Shown: one piece after another, positions 9,363 to 17,435 of the stretch
How the letters are laid out: each line of letters starts with the position of its first letter
How positions within the stretch are numbered: position 1 is the stretch's first letter
NCBI GenBank assembly: GCA_039208735.1
Contig: JBCCQY010000011.1
Coordinates: 31,563-95,562, forward strand
DNA: 64,000 nt
Source: Myxococcota bacterium
GTDB taxonomy: Bacteria > Myxococcota_A > UBA796 > GCA-2862545
Direction of reading: 5' to 3'
The notes under the pieces: generated by a model
Told to the model about the DNA's origin: nothing
The model's input: only the letters and a program-made list of their open reading frames with translations
Databases searched by the model: none
Made by a program: the position numbers and the translations under genes

Positions 9363-10924
9363 TCTTCGGCGAGTTCGCCACCGCTCATGGTCTCGGCGAG
9401 ATGGCCTCCGGTGGGCGGCGCGATGGCCAGGTTCCCCGCGCCGCCAGCCCGCTGCCGAATGAGTTCGGCGGCGGCCCGACACTGTTCACGGACGAGCCCG
9501 TCGCCAAACCACCCCGATGAACGCTCACGAAGCGCAGGAATCGCGCGGGGCGAACCGGCGGTGGTCAAGGCCGAAACGGCTGCCAAGCGGACGGCCCGCG
9601 TTCCTCGGTCAAGCCAATACAGCAGGGTGTCATCGACCATCGCCCCGCCTTCGCCGAGCCGTTGGATGAGCGCTACGGCATCTGGTTCGCCGTGTGGCCT
9701 CAGTTTCGCGAGCCACCAGGCGTATTCCTGGGGGATGGCGGCGATGAGGGCGGCGACGAGCGCACTGGAGTGCCGCGCGGCCTGGGCGATCGGCCGCACC
9801 CGACCCACATTCTCATGCCGTAGATCGTCGACGACGCGTCCTGCGAGGGCCAGTGCCGCGGCTCGTCGGATGCCCGAACCCGGAAGCCGAAGCCACTGCG
9901 TGAGTCGCTCATCGGACTCCGGATGCGCAAACGCGGCAAGGACCTTGGCGAGCCTTCGCGCTTCGGAGGAGGAGCGAGGGTGCAGCTGTTGGAGCAGCGA
10001 CCGGGATGAGGAGGGAGGACGATCGGGCAGCGAACGCAGTAAATCGCGTACAAAATGTGGATCTTCGACCAACCCTGGCGTCGACCAAAGACGGTCCACC
10101 ACCGCCAATCGCTCCGAATCGTGGTCGAGCTGGTTGAACAGTGAGCCGACGTATTGTGCGGCGGGGCGTGCATCGCCACTGTGCCAGGCCTCAATGACCC
10201 GCTCGCTGATTCGAGCATCGAGAGGGTCGCCGAGTTCGAACCACGTCGACAACACCACAGGGTAGGGCGGCATCGCGGCGAGCAAGGACAGCGGAGGCTC
10301 TTGGGTCCGTTCGATGAGGGCTTCGCAGGCAAGTTCGGCCTGCGATGCGGTGAGGTCGGGCAGCAATTCGAGCACCCGACGCGACAACGCAGCCTGGACC
10401 CCAGGCGCTTCATCTTCCCTCAGCCACCGCTGCAGCAAGGCCTCGATCGACGGTTCGTGGCCGAGGCTCACCGCGATGCTCACGAGCTCCTGGACCGCAG
10501 CGGTCGCCGCGTGTGGATCGGCAAACCGGACCGTCACTGCGGGCTCGAGCGTGGCCTCTTGAGCTCCGATGGTGGCCGACAGCCGACCCACGACCTCGGC
10601 CAGTGCTTGGCGTTGTCGTTGCCCAAGGCGATGGAGAACCGCACGTCCCCCCGCGAGAATGGCGACCTGGTCGTCGAAGGCATCGTCTCCCGTGCGCCAT
10701 TGGGGTGCGGTGGGCACTTTGTCCCGGGGCACGAGCAAAAACGACTCTCCGACAGGCTCTGGGCGTACCACGATCCGAACCGTCAGCGGATTGCGCCAGG
10801 CACGGTAGTGCGCTTCAAGGCGGTGGCTGGCCGCCTGGTAGGCATAGAGGAGACCGTCTTCGACGACCCCGACCGGAACGAGGCCGAGGCGTGCGAAAAC
10901 CGTGGGCCAGAGCGTGTCGGACAT
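9359..10924 (-). CDS. Hypothetical protein with C-terminal HEAT-like repeats
   Basis: Long ORF with 'RAVRLAAVSALTTAGSPRAIPAL' HEAT-like segments. Likely ATG at 10924. Confidence 0.6.
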   Translation of the reverse strand: MSDTLWPTVFARLGLVPVGVVEDGLLYAYQAASHRLEAHYRAWRNPLTVRIVVRPEPVGESFLLVPRDKVPTAPQWRTGDDAFDDQVAILAGGRAVLHRLGQRQRQALAEVVGRLSATIGAQEATLEPAVTVRFADPHAATAAVQELVSIAVSLGHEPSIEALLQRWLREDEAPGVQAALSRRVLELLPDLTASQAELACEALIERTQEPPLSLLAAMPPYPVVLSTWFELGDPLDARISERVIEAWHSGDARPAAQYVGSLFNQLDHDSERLAVVDRLWSTPGLVEDPHFVRDLLRSLPDRPPSSSRSLLQQLHPRSSSEARRLAKVLAAFAHPESDERLTQWLRLPGSGIRRAAALALAGRVVDDLRHENVGRVRPIAQAARHSSALVAALIAAIPQEYAWWLAKLRPHGEPDAVALIQRLGEGGAMVDDTLLYWLDRGTRAVRLAAVSALTTAGSPRAIPALRERSSGWFGDGLVREQCRAAAELIRQRAGGAGNLAIAPPTGGHLAETMSGGELAED

Positions 10925-11274
10925 GCGTGGAGCATAGCAGGGCAGTCGTCCAACAGGTCGCCCGCGCCAACTTCGCGCCACGAAAGAGGACGAAGTCTGG
11001 CCGCCATGGCCAGCGTTTCGCGTCTCGCAAGAAGAATTTCTCACGATCCGACAGAATGCGACCGGACGGAACGTAAGGTTCAGGTAAGACTATCTGCCGA
11101 TGTTCAAAACGAGAAAATGTCAAGTTTTCACTGAACCCGGGCATAGACTAGCGCCGTGGGGGTTCGTGTGATTGACTTGCGCACCCGTGAGCGGGCCACT
11201 ACCTGCACGGGTCTGATCGAACGACCGTGTTGGCCCGTTCGATTTCGTATCTATTCTGTGCCCTGGGAGTGATG

Positions 11275-12282
11275 ATGGCGATCGAGTCTTTCGTTCCCCG
11301 CCAGAAAAAGTCGGAACGACTTTCAGCGGATCAAGAAAAGGAAATGGCTCGGCGGATTCATTCGGCCGAGCGGCGGGCTCGAGAAGCCATCGACGGCATC
11401 GGCTGCGCATCCGAGATCTTGACTCGTAAACCCAAGCGGGCGGAACGGACTCGCGCGGGCATGGTCGATCGACTCGAAGAGGCGGTTTACGAAGTGTGGC
11501 GGCAGTTCCGCAACCACCCTACCCACAAGATGTCCGCGCGTACGGCCAAGCAGGCGTGGGCGGAAGCTGAAGCGGTGCGCTGGGAGCTTGCGATGAGCGG
11601 GCGACGAATTGCGCACGGCGAAGCGCGCAAGCTCGCGGGCCCGTTTATGGACGAGGCCGATCTGGTGCAGGAAGGCTACATCGGCCTGCTGCGCGCGGCG
11701 AAGCGCTTCGATCCTGATCGTGGGATCCGGTTTTCGACCTATGCGCGTTGGTGGGTTCGCGCCCAGATGACGCGAGCCATCGACCACACCGGTCGTCCGG
11801 TCCGTTTGCCGGGGTGTGCGGTCGAACAGACGCGGAACTTGCGTAAGGCGATCAAGCGGTTCGAAGATCTTGGGGCGGATTACACGGTTTCTGATCTCGC
11901 TGACGAAGTGGGCATCGATAAGAAGCGCGCGGAGTTTTTGCTCTCCCAGGGCCAGACCGTCTCTCTCGACCAGCCGGTTGATGATGGTCCCCGTGCGCGG
12001 TCGCTCGAGCACTTCCTCGCCGACGAGACCGCCGCCGACCCCGACGACGAAGCGATTCACGCCCAAGAGATCCGGCGCATGCTGGAGGCGTTCCACAGCG
12101 TCCTCTCCGAGCGCCACCGCTACGTGTTGTCCCGTCGCTACGGCCTCGAAGACAACCAGTTCCGTACGTTGTCGCAAGTGGGCAAGGGCATGAACTTGTC
12201 CCGCGAGCGCGTTCGCCAAATCGAACGGGAGGCGCTGATGCGGCTCCGTGAACAGGCGAATATCCGCGACGCCCAGCGCTGA
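11275..12282 (+). CDS. Alternative sigma-70 family factor (RpoD/RpoS-like, no region 1.1)
   Basis: DLVQEGYIGL, FDPDRGIRFSTYARWWVR, VRLP, SLDQPV and LSRERVRQIEREAL. GGGAG RBS. Confidence 0.92.
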   Translation: MAIESFVPRQKKSERLSADQEKEMARRIHSAERRAREAIDGIGCASEILTRKPKRAERTRAGMVDRLEEAVYEVWRQFRNHPTHKMSARTAKQAWAEAEAVRWELAMSGRRIAHGEARKLAGPFMDEADLVQEGYIGLLRAAKRFDPDRGIRFSTYARWWVRAQMTRAIDHTGRPVRLPGCAVEQTRNLRKAIKRFEDLGADYTVSDLADEVGIDKKRAEFLLSQGQTVSLDQPVDDGPRARSLEHFLADETAADPDDEAIHAQEIRRMLEAFHSVLSERHRYVLSRRYGLEDNQFRTLSQVGKGMNLSRERVRQIEREALMRLREQANIRDAQR

Positions 12283-12295
12283 TCATGGGCTCTAA

Positions 12296-12322
12296 CGCCC
12301 GCCCTCACGATACGGGTGGGCG
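12296..12322 (+). terminator. GC-rich hairpin downstream of the sigma gene (possible terminator or RNA stability element)
   Basis: CGCCCGCCC-9 nt-GGGTGGGCG starting 13 nt after the stop codon. No U-tract. Confidence 0.3.
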
Positions 12323-12411
12323 CAAAGAGGCCCTGCGTCAGACTCGCCAACAATGCCTCCGCCCGCTTCGCGAAGCGGTCGCGGGGAGCTATAGGGCTGC
12401 ATGGATGGAAG

Positions 12412-13248
12412 ATGACCGTTCGCCCTAATGCCGCCGATCGTCAGGCGGTCGAAGCGCTTTTGGACCTTGCCGAGGAGGCGCTCGAAGCTGGCGATGCGAC
12501 CCAGGCCCTTCATCTGTGTGGTCAGGTCCTTCAGTGGGCTCCTGACCACGCCGGTGCGATCTTCGTTTCCGCTGAGGCCCATCGTGACCTTGGGGCCAAC
12601 GAAGAAGCCGAGGAACGCTACCAGGAAGTGACCCGCCAGCGGCCGAACTACGCGCCCGCATGGGCAGGCCTTGCGTCAACCCGTTTCGACCGTCTTCAGT
12701 TCGAGCTTGCGCGGGTGGCCGCCCTTCGCGCCATTCGGCTCGACCCACGCCTTGGAGATGCCTACTACCTTCGCGCGATGATTCGGGAACGTCGCCTCGA
12801 CCTCGATGGCGCGGACCGCGACTTTCTGCGGGCCTGGCGCCTCGACCCCATGTCGTGGCCCCGTCCCATGCCCCTGACCGATGCGATGATCGAGTCGTTG
12901 GTGCATGAGGCCACACAGCCGCTTCACCCTGCGATTCGCAGCTACCTCACCCAGGTCCCGATTCTGGTCGAGGACGTGCCGAGCGCAGAGATATGTCTGC
13001 AGTTCGACCCCATTGCGCCCCCGGGCGAGCTGTTGGGGTTGTTCAATGGCCACAGCCTGACCGATCGGTCCGATGAGGATCCGTGGTCGGCCATGCCGGC
13101 TACGATCGTCCTGTATCGGCGCAATCTGCAGCGGTTTGCCTGGCACCGTGAGACCTTGCTCGAGCAACTCCGCATCACCGTCCTGCACGAAGTGGGACAC
13201 TTCCTCGGTCTCAACGAAGACGAGGTCGAGGCCCGAGGACTCGGATGA
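12412..13248 (+). CDS. TPR-repeat protein with C-terminal zincin-like (Zincin_1/DUF1025) metallopeptidase
   Basis: N-terminal TPRs. C-terminal LLGLFNG, IVLYRRN, ITVLHEVGHFLGL (HExxH) and EARGL. Confidence 0.85.
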   Translation: MTVRPNAADRQAVEALLDLAEEALEAGDATQALHLCGQVLQWAPDHAGAIFVSAEAHRDLGANEEAEERYQEVTRQRPNYAPAWAGLASTRFDRLQFELARVAALRAIRLDPRLGDAYYLRAMIRERRLDLDGADRDFLRAWRLDPMSWPRPMPLTDAMIESLVHEATQPLHPAIRSYLTQVPILVEDVPSAEICLQFDPIAPPGELLGLFNGHSLTDRSDEDPWSAMPATIVLYRRNLQRFAWHRETLLEQLRITVLHEVGHFLGLNEDEVEARGLG

Positions 13249-13289
13249 CCGTGGCGCACCAATCGCAACGCGTTACAGCTTCGTCGACT

Positions 13290-13362
13290 GGGGGATTAGC
13301 TCAGTTGGGAGAGCGCAGCGTTCGCAATGCTGAGGTCAGGGGTTCGACTCCCCTATCCTCCA
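13290..13362 (+). tRNA. tRNA-Ala (anticodon CGC), CCA not encoded
   Basis: Full cloverleaf: GGGGGAT/ATCCTCC acceptor stem with the G3:U70 Ala determinant, D-arm GCTC..GAGC, anticodon arm CAGCG-TTCGCAA-TGCTG, T-arm AGGGG-TTCGACT-CCCCT, discriminator A. Confidence 0.97.
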
Positions 13363-13376
13363 CTGTCTGACACCAC

Positions 13377-14291
13377 GTGATGGTTCGTACCGGTTTCGCC
13401 GACACCAAAGACGGCCTTGATTTGTACTGGCGACACGCTGGTAATGGTGGTCCCCAACCCACTATTGTGTGTTGCAATGGCCTTGGCGTCTCGACGTTCT
13501 TCTTCAAGTACATCGTCGAGCGGTTCGCCCAGACCCACGGTGTGTTGGTGTGGGACTACCGAGGCCACGGTCGTTCTGCGATTCCCGCGGAGCCCATCGA
13601 AGAGGCGGACCTCTCGATCGAGACGTGTGCAGAAGACCTCGATCGCGTACTTGAAGTGGCCGGAGTGGATGGCCCCATCGTACTCGTGGGCCACTCCATG
13701 GGGTGTCAGGTCCTGCTCGAATACACGCATCGGCACCCTGACCGTATCGCAGGCATGATCCTGTTGTTTGGGACACCCGGTCGACCGATCGACACGTTCC
13801 TCAACACATCGTTGTCGCGGCCTGCCTTTACGCTGCTTCGACGCGCGGTATCGTTGGGAGGACCGCGGGCGTCGCGTTGGTTGCGGCCATTGTATGAGTC
13901 ACCGCTGATGGCACCCTTGGCCGCGGTGGTGGGCTTCGTCGACCTCGAGTACATCGCCGACAAAGACCTGAAGGAGTACCTCGATCACCTCGGGCACTTG
14001 GACCCCCGCATCTTCCTGCGGATGGCGACGTTGGCCGGCGAGCATGATGCGGTGCCCTATTTGCCTTCCATCGAAGCCCCTGCGTTGGTCGTGGCGGGAG
14101 GGCGCGATAGCTTCACGCCGCTGTTCCTGTCTGAGAACATGGCGCAGGCGCTTCCCCATTCCGAGTTGATGGTTCTACACGATGCCACGCATGCGGCCAT
14201 CGTCGAGCATCCTCATGCGATCAATGCGCGTATCGCGCTGTTCTTGGAGCGCTCTGCGGCCCCTCATGCCGCAAGCCTGGAGAAGTCTTGA
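13377..14291 (+). CDS. Alpha/beta hydrolase
   Basis: WDYRGHGRS, GHSMG nucleophile elbow, GGRDSFTP (Asp) and ATHAA (His). Confidence 0.9.
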   Translation: MMVRTGFADTKDGLDLYWRHAGNGGPQPTIVCCNGLGVSTFFFKYIVERFAQTHGVLVWDYRGHGRSAIPAEPIEEADLSIETCAEDLDRVLEVAGVDGPIVLVGHSMGCQVLLEYTHRHPDRIAGMILLFGTPGRPIDTFLNTSLSRPAFTLLRRAVSLGGPRASRWLRPLYESPLMAPLAAVVGFVDLEYIADKDLKEYLDHLGHLDPRIFLRMATLAGEHDAVPYLPSIEAPALVVAGGRDSFTPLFLSENMAQALPHSELMVLHDATHAAIVEHPHAINARIALFLERSAAPHAASLEKS

Positions 14292-15022
14292 ACGCAGTGA
14301 TTCTGGGAGCCACGAAGGGCATGGGCCGAGCGTTGGCTCGCCGCATGGCCAGTCGGGGTGACCGGCTTTACCTGCTCGCGAGGGACGTCGACGATGCGAC
14401 CCGCTCCGCAGCAGACCTTCGTGAGCGCGGAGCGCCCGACGTTGGCGTGGGGCCGTGTAACCTCGAAGATCCGGACTCGTTTGCTCCGGCCCTGGCCGAA
14501 GCCTGGGAGGCGCTGGACCGCGTCGATGCCGTGGTCGTCACTGCGGGCCTCTTCGGCACGCAAGAAGCCCTCGAAGAGGACCTCGACCTTGCCCGCCGCG
14601 TGCTGGTGATCAACCACGCTCACACGGTGATCTTCTGCGAGCACGCTCGCCGAAGGTTGCTTGAACAGGGCGGGGGAACGCTGTGTGTGTTCTCATCCGT
14701 GGCTGGTGATCGGGGTCGCAAGCCGGTCGCGCTGTATGGCTCGAGCAAAGCAGGGCTCTCGCACTATCTCGAAAGCCTCGATCACAAATATCGCAGCGAC
14801 GGCCTCGTCACCCTCTGCGTCAAGCCAGGGTTCGTGAAGACCACGATGACGGCGGGTCTCAAACCGCCCCCGTTTGCGGGGGAGCCCGCCGACGTCGCCC
14901 GACGGGTACTCGCCGCGATCGACGGGAAGGCCCCGTTGGTCTATGCGCCATGGATTTGGGGCTGGATCATGTGGGTCATTCGCCTGCTTCCCCGGGCGGT
15001 CATGCGACGCGTCGGGTTTTAG
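14288..15022 (+). CDS. Short-chain dehydrogenase (DprE2-like subfamily)
   Basis: GATKGMG, SSVAGDRGR, YGSSK and VKPGFVKTTMT. Overlaps the stop codon of the upstream gene. Confidence 0.88.
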   Translation: MNAVILGATKGMGRALARRMASRGDRLYLLARDVDDATRSAADLRERGAPDVGVGPCNLEDPDSFAPALAEAWEALDRVDAVVVTAGLFGTQEALEEDLDLARRVLVINHAHTVIFCEHARRRLLEQGGGTLCVFSSVAGDRGRKPVALYGSSKAGLSHYLESLDHKYRSDGLVTLCVKPGFVKTTMTAGLKPPPFAGEPADVARRVLAAIDGKAPLVYAPWIWGWIMWVIRLLPRAVMRRVGF

Positions 15023-15026
15023 GCGC

Positions 15027-15056
15027 TGTCACCTTTTTGGCTTGCCCCGCGACATC
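15027..15056 (+). promoter_or_regulatory. Putative ECF-sigma promoter (autoregulatory)
   Basis: TGTCACC (15027-15033), 16-nt spacer, then CGAC (15050-15053), lying in the 55-bp gap before the ECF gene. Resembles TGTCAC-N16-CGTC/CGAC ECF promoters. Confidence 0.55.
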
Positions 15057-15077
15057 GGTCGAAGGAGGAAGCAAGCC

Positions 15078-16370
15078 ATGTCGCTGAACCCCCAAGTCGA
15101 GGCGGCACGACGAGGTCGACGCGAGGCATTCGAAGGCCTGGTTCGCGCCCACGCCGTGGCCGTCCATGCCGTGGCCCTACGCATCGTCAAGGACCCGGTG
15201 GCCGCAGATGACGTTGTGCAGGAGACCTTTCTCGCCGCATGGCGAGGACTCCCCAAATTGCGCGACGCAGAGCGCTTTTCAGGGTGGGTCCTCGGGATTG
15301 CGCGCCGTCGGGCTCAGGACTTGGCCCGCCGTAGTCGGGACGTGCCCGTTGCCGACATGCAGGTCGCGGAGTCCTCACCGCCACCCGAACAGCGGCTGAT
15401 GTTGGAAGAATCCGCAGGAACGTTGTGGTCGGCCGTCGAGTTGCTCTCACCCGGCCAGCGGGACGCGGTGTTGCTGTACTACCGCGAGGGACGCTCGGTG
15501 GCCGAGGTCGCCGAGCAACTCGAGGTCCCTGAACCCACGGTTCGCAAACGGTTGTCGCGGGCTCGCGCTGATCTCCGGCGCGACGCAGAACTTGTGGCTC
15601 AACGGGCTGCTGTCACCGTCGGGGCCTTGGTGGCCGCGAGCGTGACGCGTCGGGCATGGGCGGTCGGGCTTGGGCTTTCCGCCGCCGTCTGCATGATGCT
15701 GGGAGTCGGCGTGGCCCAGACCGTGCAGGGGGTAGCCGAGTCGTTGCCGCCAAGTACTCCTCCGAACGGTCCCACTGTCGTGGAGGGGCAGGTACCGCAA
15801 GGTACGCCGCCCGCCAGCACCCGCGGACGAGCCCACATCGAAGCCGCGTTGCTCGCGGCGGAAGATGCGCGGTTCTATGAACACGGCGGGGTGGACGGCC
15901 GTGCGATCTTGAGGGCAACGTTCCACAACCTGACTTCGGATCGTGGGATGCAAGGCGGAAGTACGCTCACGCAACAGCTCGCAAAGCAACGCCTCCAAGG
16001 CCGGACGGCCTCGCGCCTCGAGGGCAAGATCGCGGAGACGTTGTACGCCTGGAAGTTGGAGACAGACCTGGACAAAGCGACGATCCTGGACCGCTACCTA
16101 AGCGAGGTGTGGTTCGGCGGAACCACGCGAGGCATCGACGCTGCAGCGGCGGACTTTTTCCACACGACGCCCGAGGCCTTAAGCGTGGGTCAAGCCGCGA
16201 TGCTGGCCGCACTGCCTGCGGGCCCTGCTGCCTACAACCCCCGGACTGCGCCGGTCGCCGCCCGGGCGCGTCGGGCTTGGGTGCTCGCACAAATGGTGGA
16301 CCGGGGTTGGCTCGATCCTTCTGAGGCCGCTCGCGCCAACGCCGAACCCCTCACCGCAGATTCGGACTGA
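15078..16370 (+). CDS. ECF sigma factor fused via a TM helix to a peptidoglycan glycosyltransferase (GT51) domain
   Basis: AAGGAGG RBS. Sigma2: DDVVQETFLAAW...FSGWVLGIARR. Sigma4: LSPGQRDAVLLYYREG...TVRKRLSRAR. Hydrophobic helix, then GT51 motifs EDARFYEHGG, GGSTLTQQLAK, KIAE, KATILDRYL and QAAMLAAL, all in one frame. Confidence 0.88.
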   Translation: MSLNPQVEAARRGRREAFEGLVRAHAVAVHAVALRIVKDPVAADDVVQETFLAAWRGLPKLRDAERFSGWVLGIARRRAQDLARRSRDVPVADMQVAESSPPPEQRLMLEESAGTLWSAVELLSPGQRDAVLLYYREGRSVAEVAEQLEVPEPTVRKRLSRARADLRRDAELVAQRAAVTVGALVAASVTRRAWAVGLGLSAAVCMMLGVGVAQTVQGVAESLPPSTPPNGPTVVEGQVPQGTPPASTRGRAHIEAALLAAEDARFYEHGGVDGRAILRATFHNLTSDRGMQGGSTLTQQLAKQRLQGRTASRLEGKIAETLYAWKLETDLDKATILDRYLSEVWFGGTTRGIDAAAADFFHTTPEALSVGQAAMLAALPAGPAAYNPRTAPVAARARRAWVLAQMVDRGWLDPSEAARANAEPLTADSD

Positions 16371-16378
16371 GCCGTTGG

Positions 16379-17422
16379 TCAACGCGACGGATCGATCTGC
16401 AGCGTGTAGCTCGGAGGTGGCTTTGCACGGCTGCGGACGGCGATCAAGACAGGCCCCGGACCCGTAACTGCCACCACCGCGCGCCTGCCTCGGCGAACCA
16501 CGGACGGTTGCTCTGCTTGCCGGACTTCAACCTCGAGGCGCCCGCGGGCATCTGGGTGGCGTTCGATCACCACCCGATGTGGCCCTGGCGCCAATTCTGG
16601 AAGTCGCACGTGGTCCACGCCGCCCTGCAGGGTGCCGCGGTACCGGATGCCGCGCTCCACAATGGCGGCGCGTTCCGGTTCGTCGTTGGGCTCGACCACA
16701 AAGGCGCCAGGGGACTCCTCGACGGCGAAACGGTAGCGTGGCGCCCCAAACACCGGTCGTAGCAGCACGGTCATGGGCTCCCCGGCCAGGACCCCGATGG
16801 TTTTGGTCACCTGCCCGTCCACGAGCATCGGGGGCAGGGCCTCGCCCCCACGCCACATTGCGGTGAACCATGCCGCGCCACCCTCCAGTTCGAGACCGAG
16901 GGACAGATGGCCCGTGTCAGGGCCGGGAATGACCACGAACGCATCGTCGTCGCTAAGCTCCCCCTGAACGAGGACCCCCGTGGGAAGGATGTGCCCGGCT
17001 TCGGGAGGGTTGGGCTCGAGTTCCCAGCGTTCGGTGCCCCATTCCACGGCGAGTCGGTAGGGCACGTGCTCTCGCCCCCCTTGGCGCGTGAGGACGAAGC
17101 CGTAGCGCTTTCCAGGGTGTACTCCAAGCGTTCGAGCTTCGCGCAGATCGTCGGCGCGAGCTTCGTCAACGATGCGCCCGCCCTGCCACACTTGAGCCAG
17201 GAGCGCGGTGGCATCGTGGTCAAAGTCCACCGTGTAGGTCAAGCGGTGAGCCCCCGGGGGAATGCGCATGGCGTAGCGATGAACATCGCCGATGCCTTCG
17301 AGGGTCGCCACGGCGGGGGCGTCAGGCCGAATCAGGCGCGCCGACGAGCGGAGGGGAGGAGGATGGTCGGGAGGCGGCGGAGGCTCGGCACACGCCACGA
17401 GCAGGGAGAGCCAGGTCATCAC
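16379..17422 (-). CDS. Lipoprotein with PPC-like (pre-peptidase C-terminal) beta-domains
   Basis: Lipobox LVAC, repeated ELEPN / VEPND motifs and 'YTLQI'-type domain ends. Confidence 0.65.
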   Translation of the reverse strand: MMTWLSLLVACAEPPPPPDHPPPLRSSARLIRPDAPAVATLEGIGDVHRYAMRIPPGAHRLTYTVDFDHDATALLAQVWQGGRIVDEARADDLREARTLGVHPGKRYGFVLTRQGGREHVPYRLAVEWGTERWELEPNPPEAGHILPTGVLVQGELSDDDAFVVIPGPDTGHLSLGLELEGGAAWFTAMWRGGEALPPMLVDGQVTKTIGVLAGEPMTVLLRPVFGAPRYRFAVEESPGAFVVEPNDEPERAAIVERGIRYRGTLQGGVDHVRLPELAPGPHRVVIERHPDARGRLEVEVRQAEQPSVVRRGRRAVVAVTGPGPVLIAVRSRAKPPPSYTLQIDPSR

Positions 17423-17435
17423 GCCGCCACCGTAC

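Noticed and set aside
11118..11177. TTGACA (minus strand) and TTGACT (plus strand) as sigma70 -35 boxes
   Set aside because: There is no credible -10 hexamer at 16-18 nt spacing for either.
12363..12378. Perfect palindrome CCGCTTCGCGAAGCGG upstream of the TPR-zincin gene
   Set aside because: It is a single GC-rich occurrence with no supporting promoter context, so it cannot be distinguished from chance.
13290..17422. Possible genomic island integrated at tRNA-Ala
   Set aside because: No integrase, no duplicated tRNA 3' end that I could find, and no evident compositional shift.
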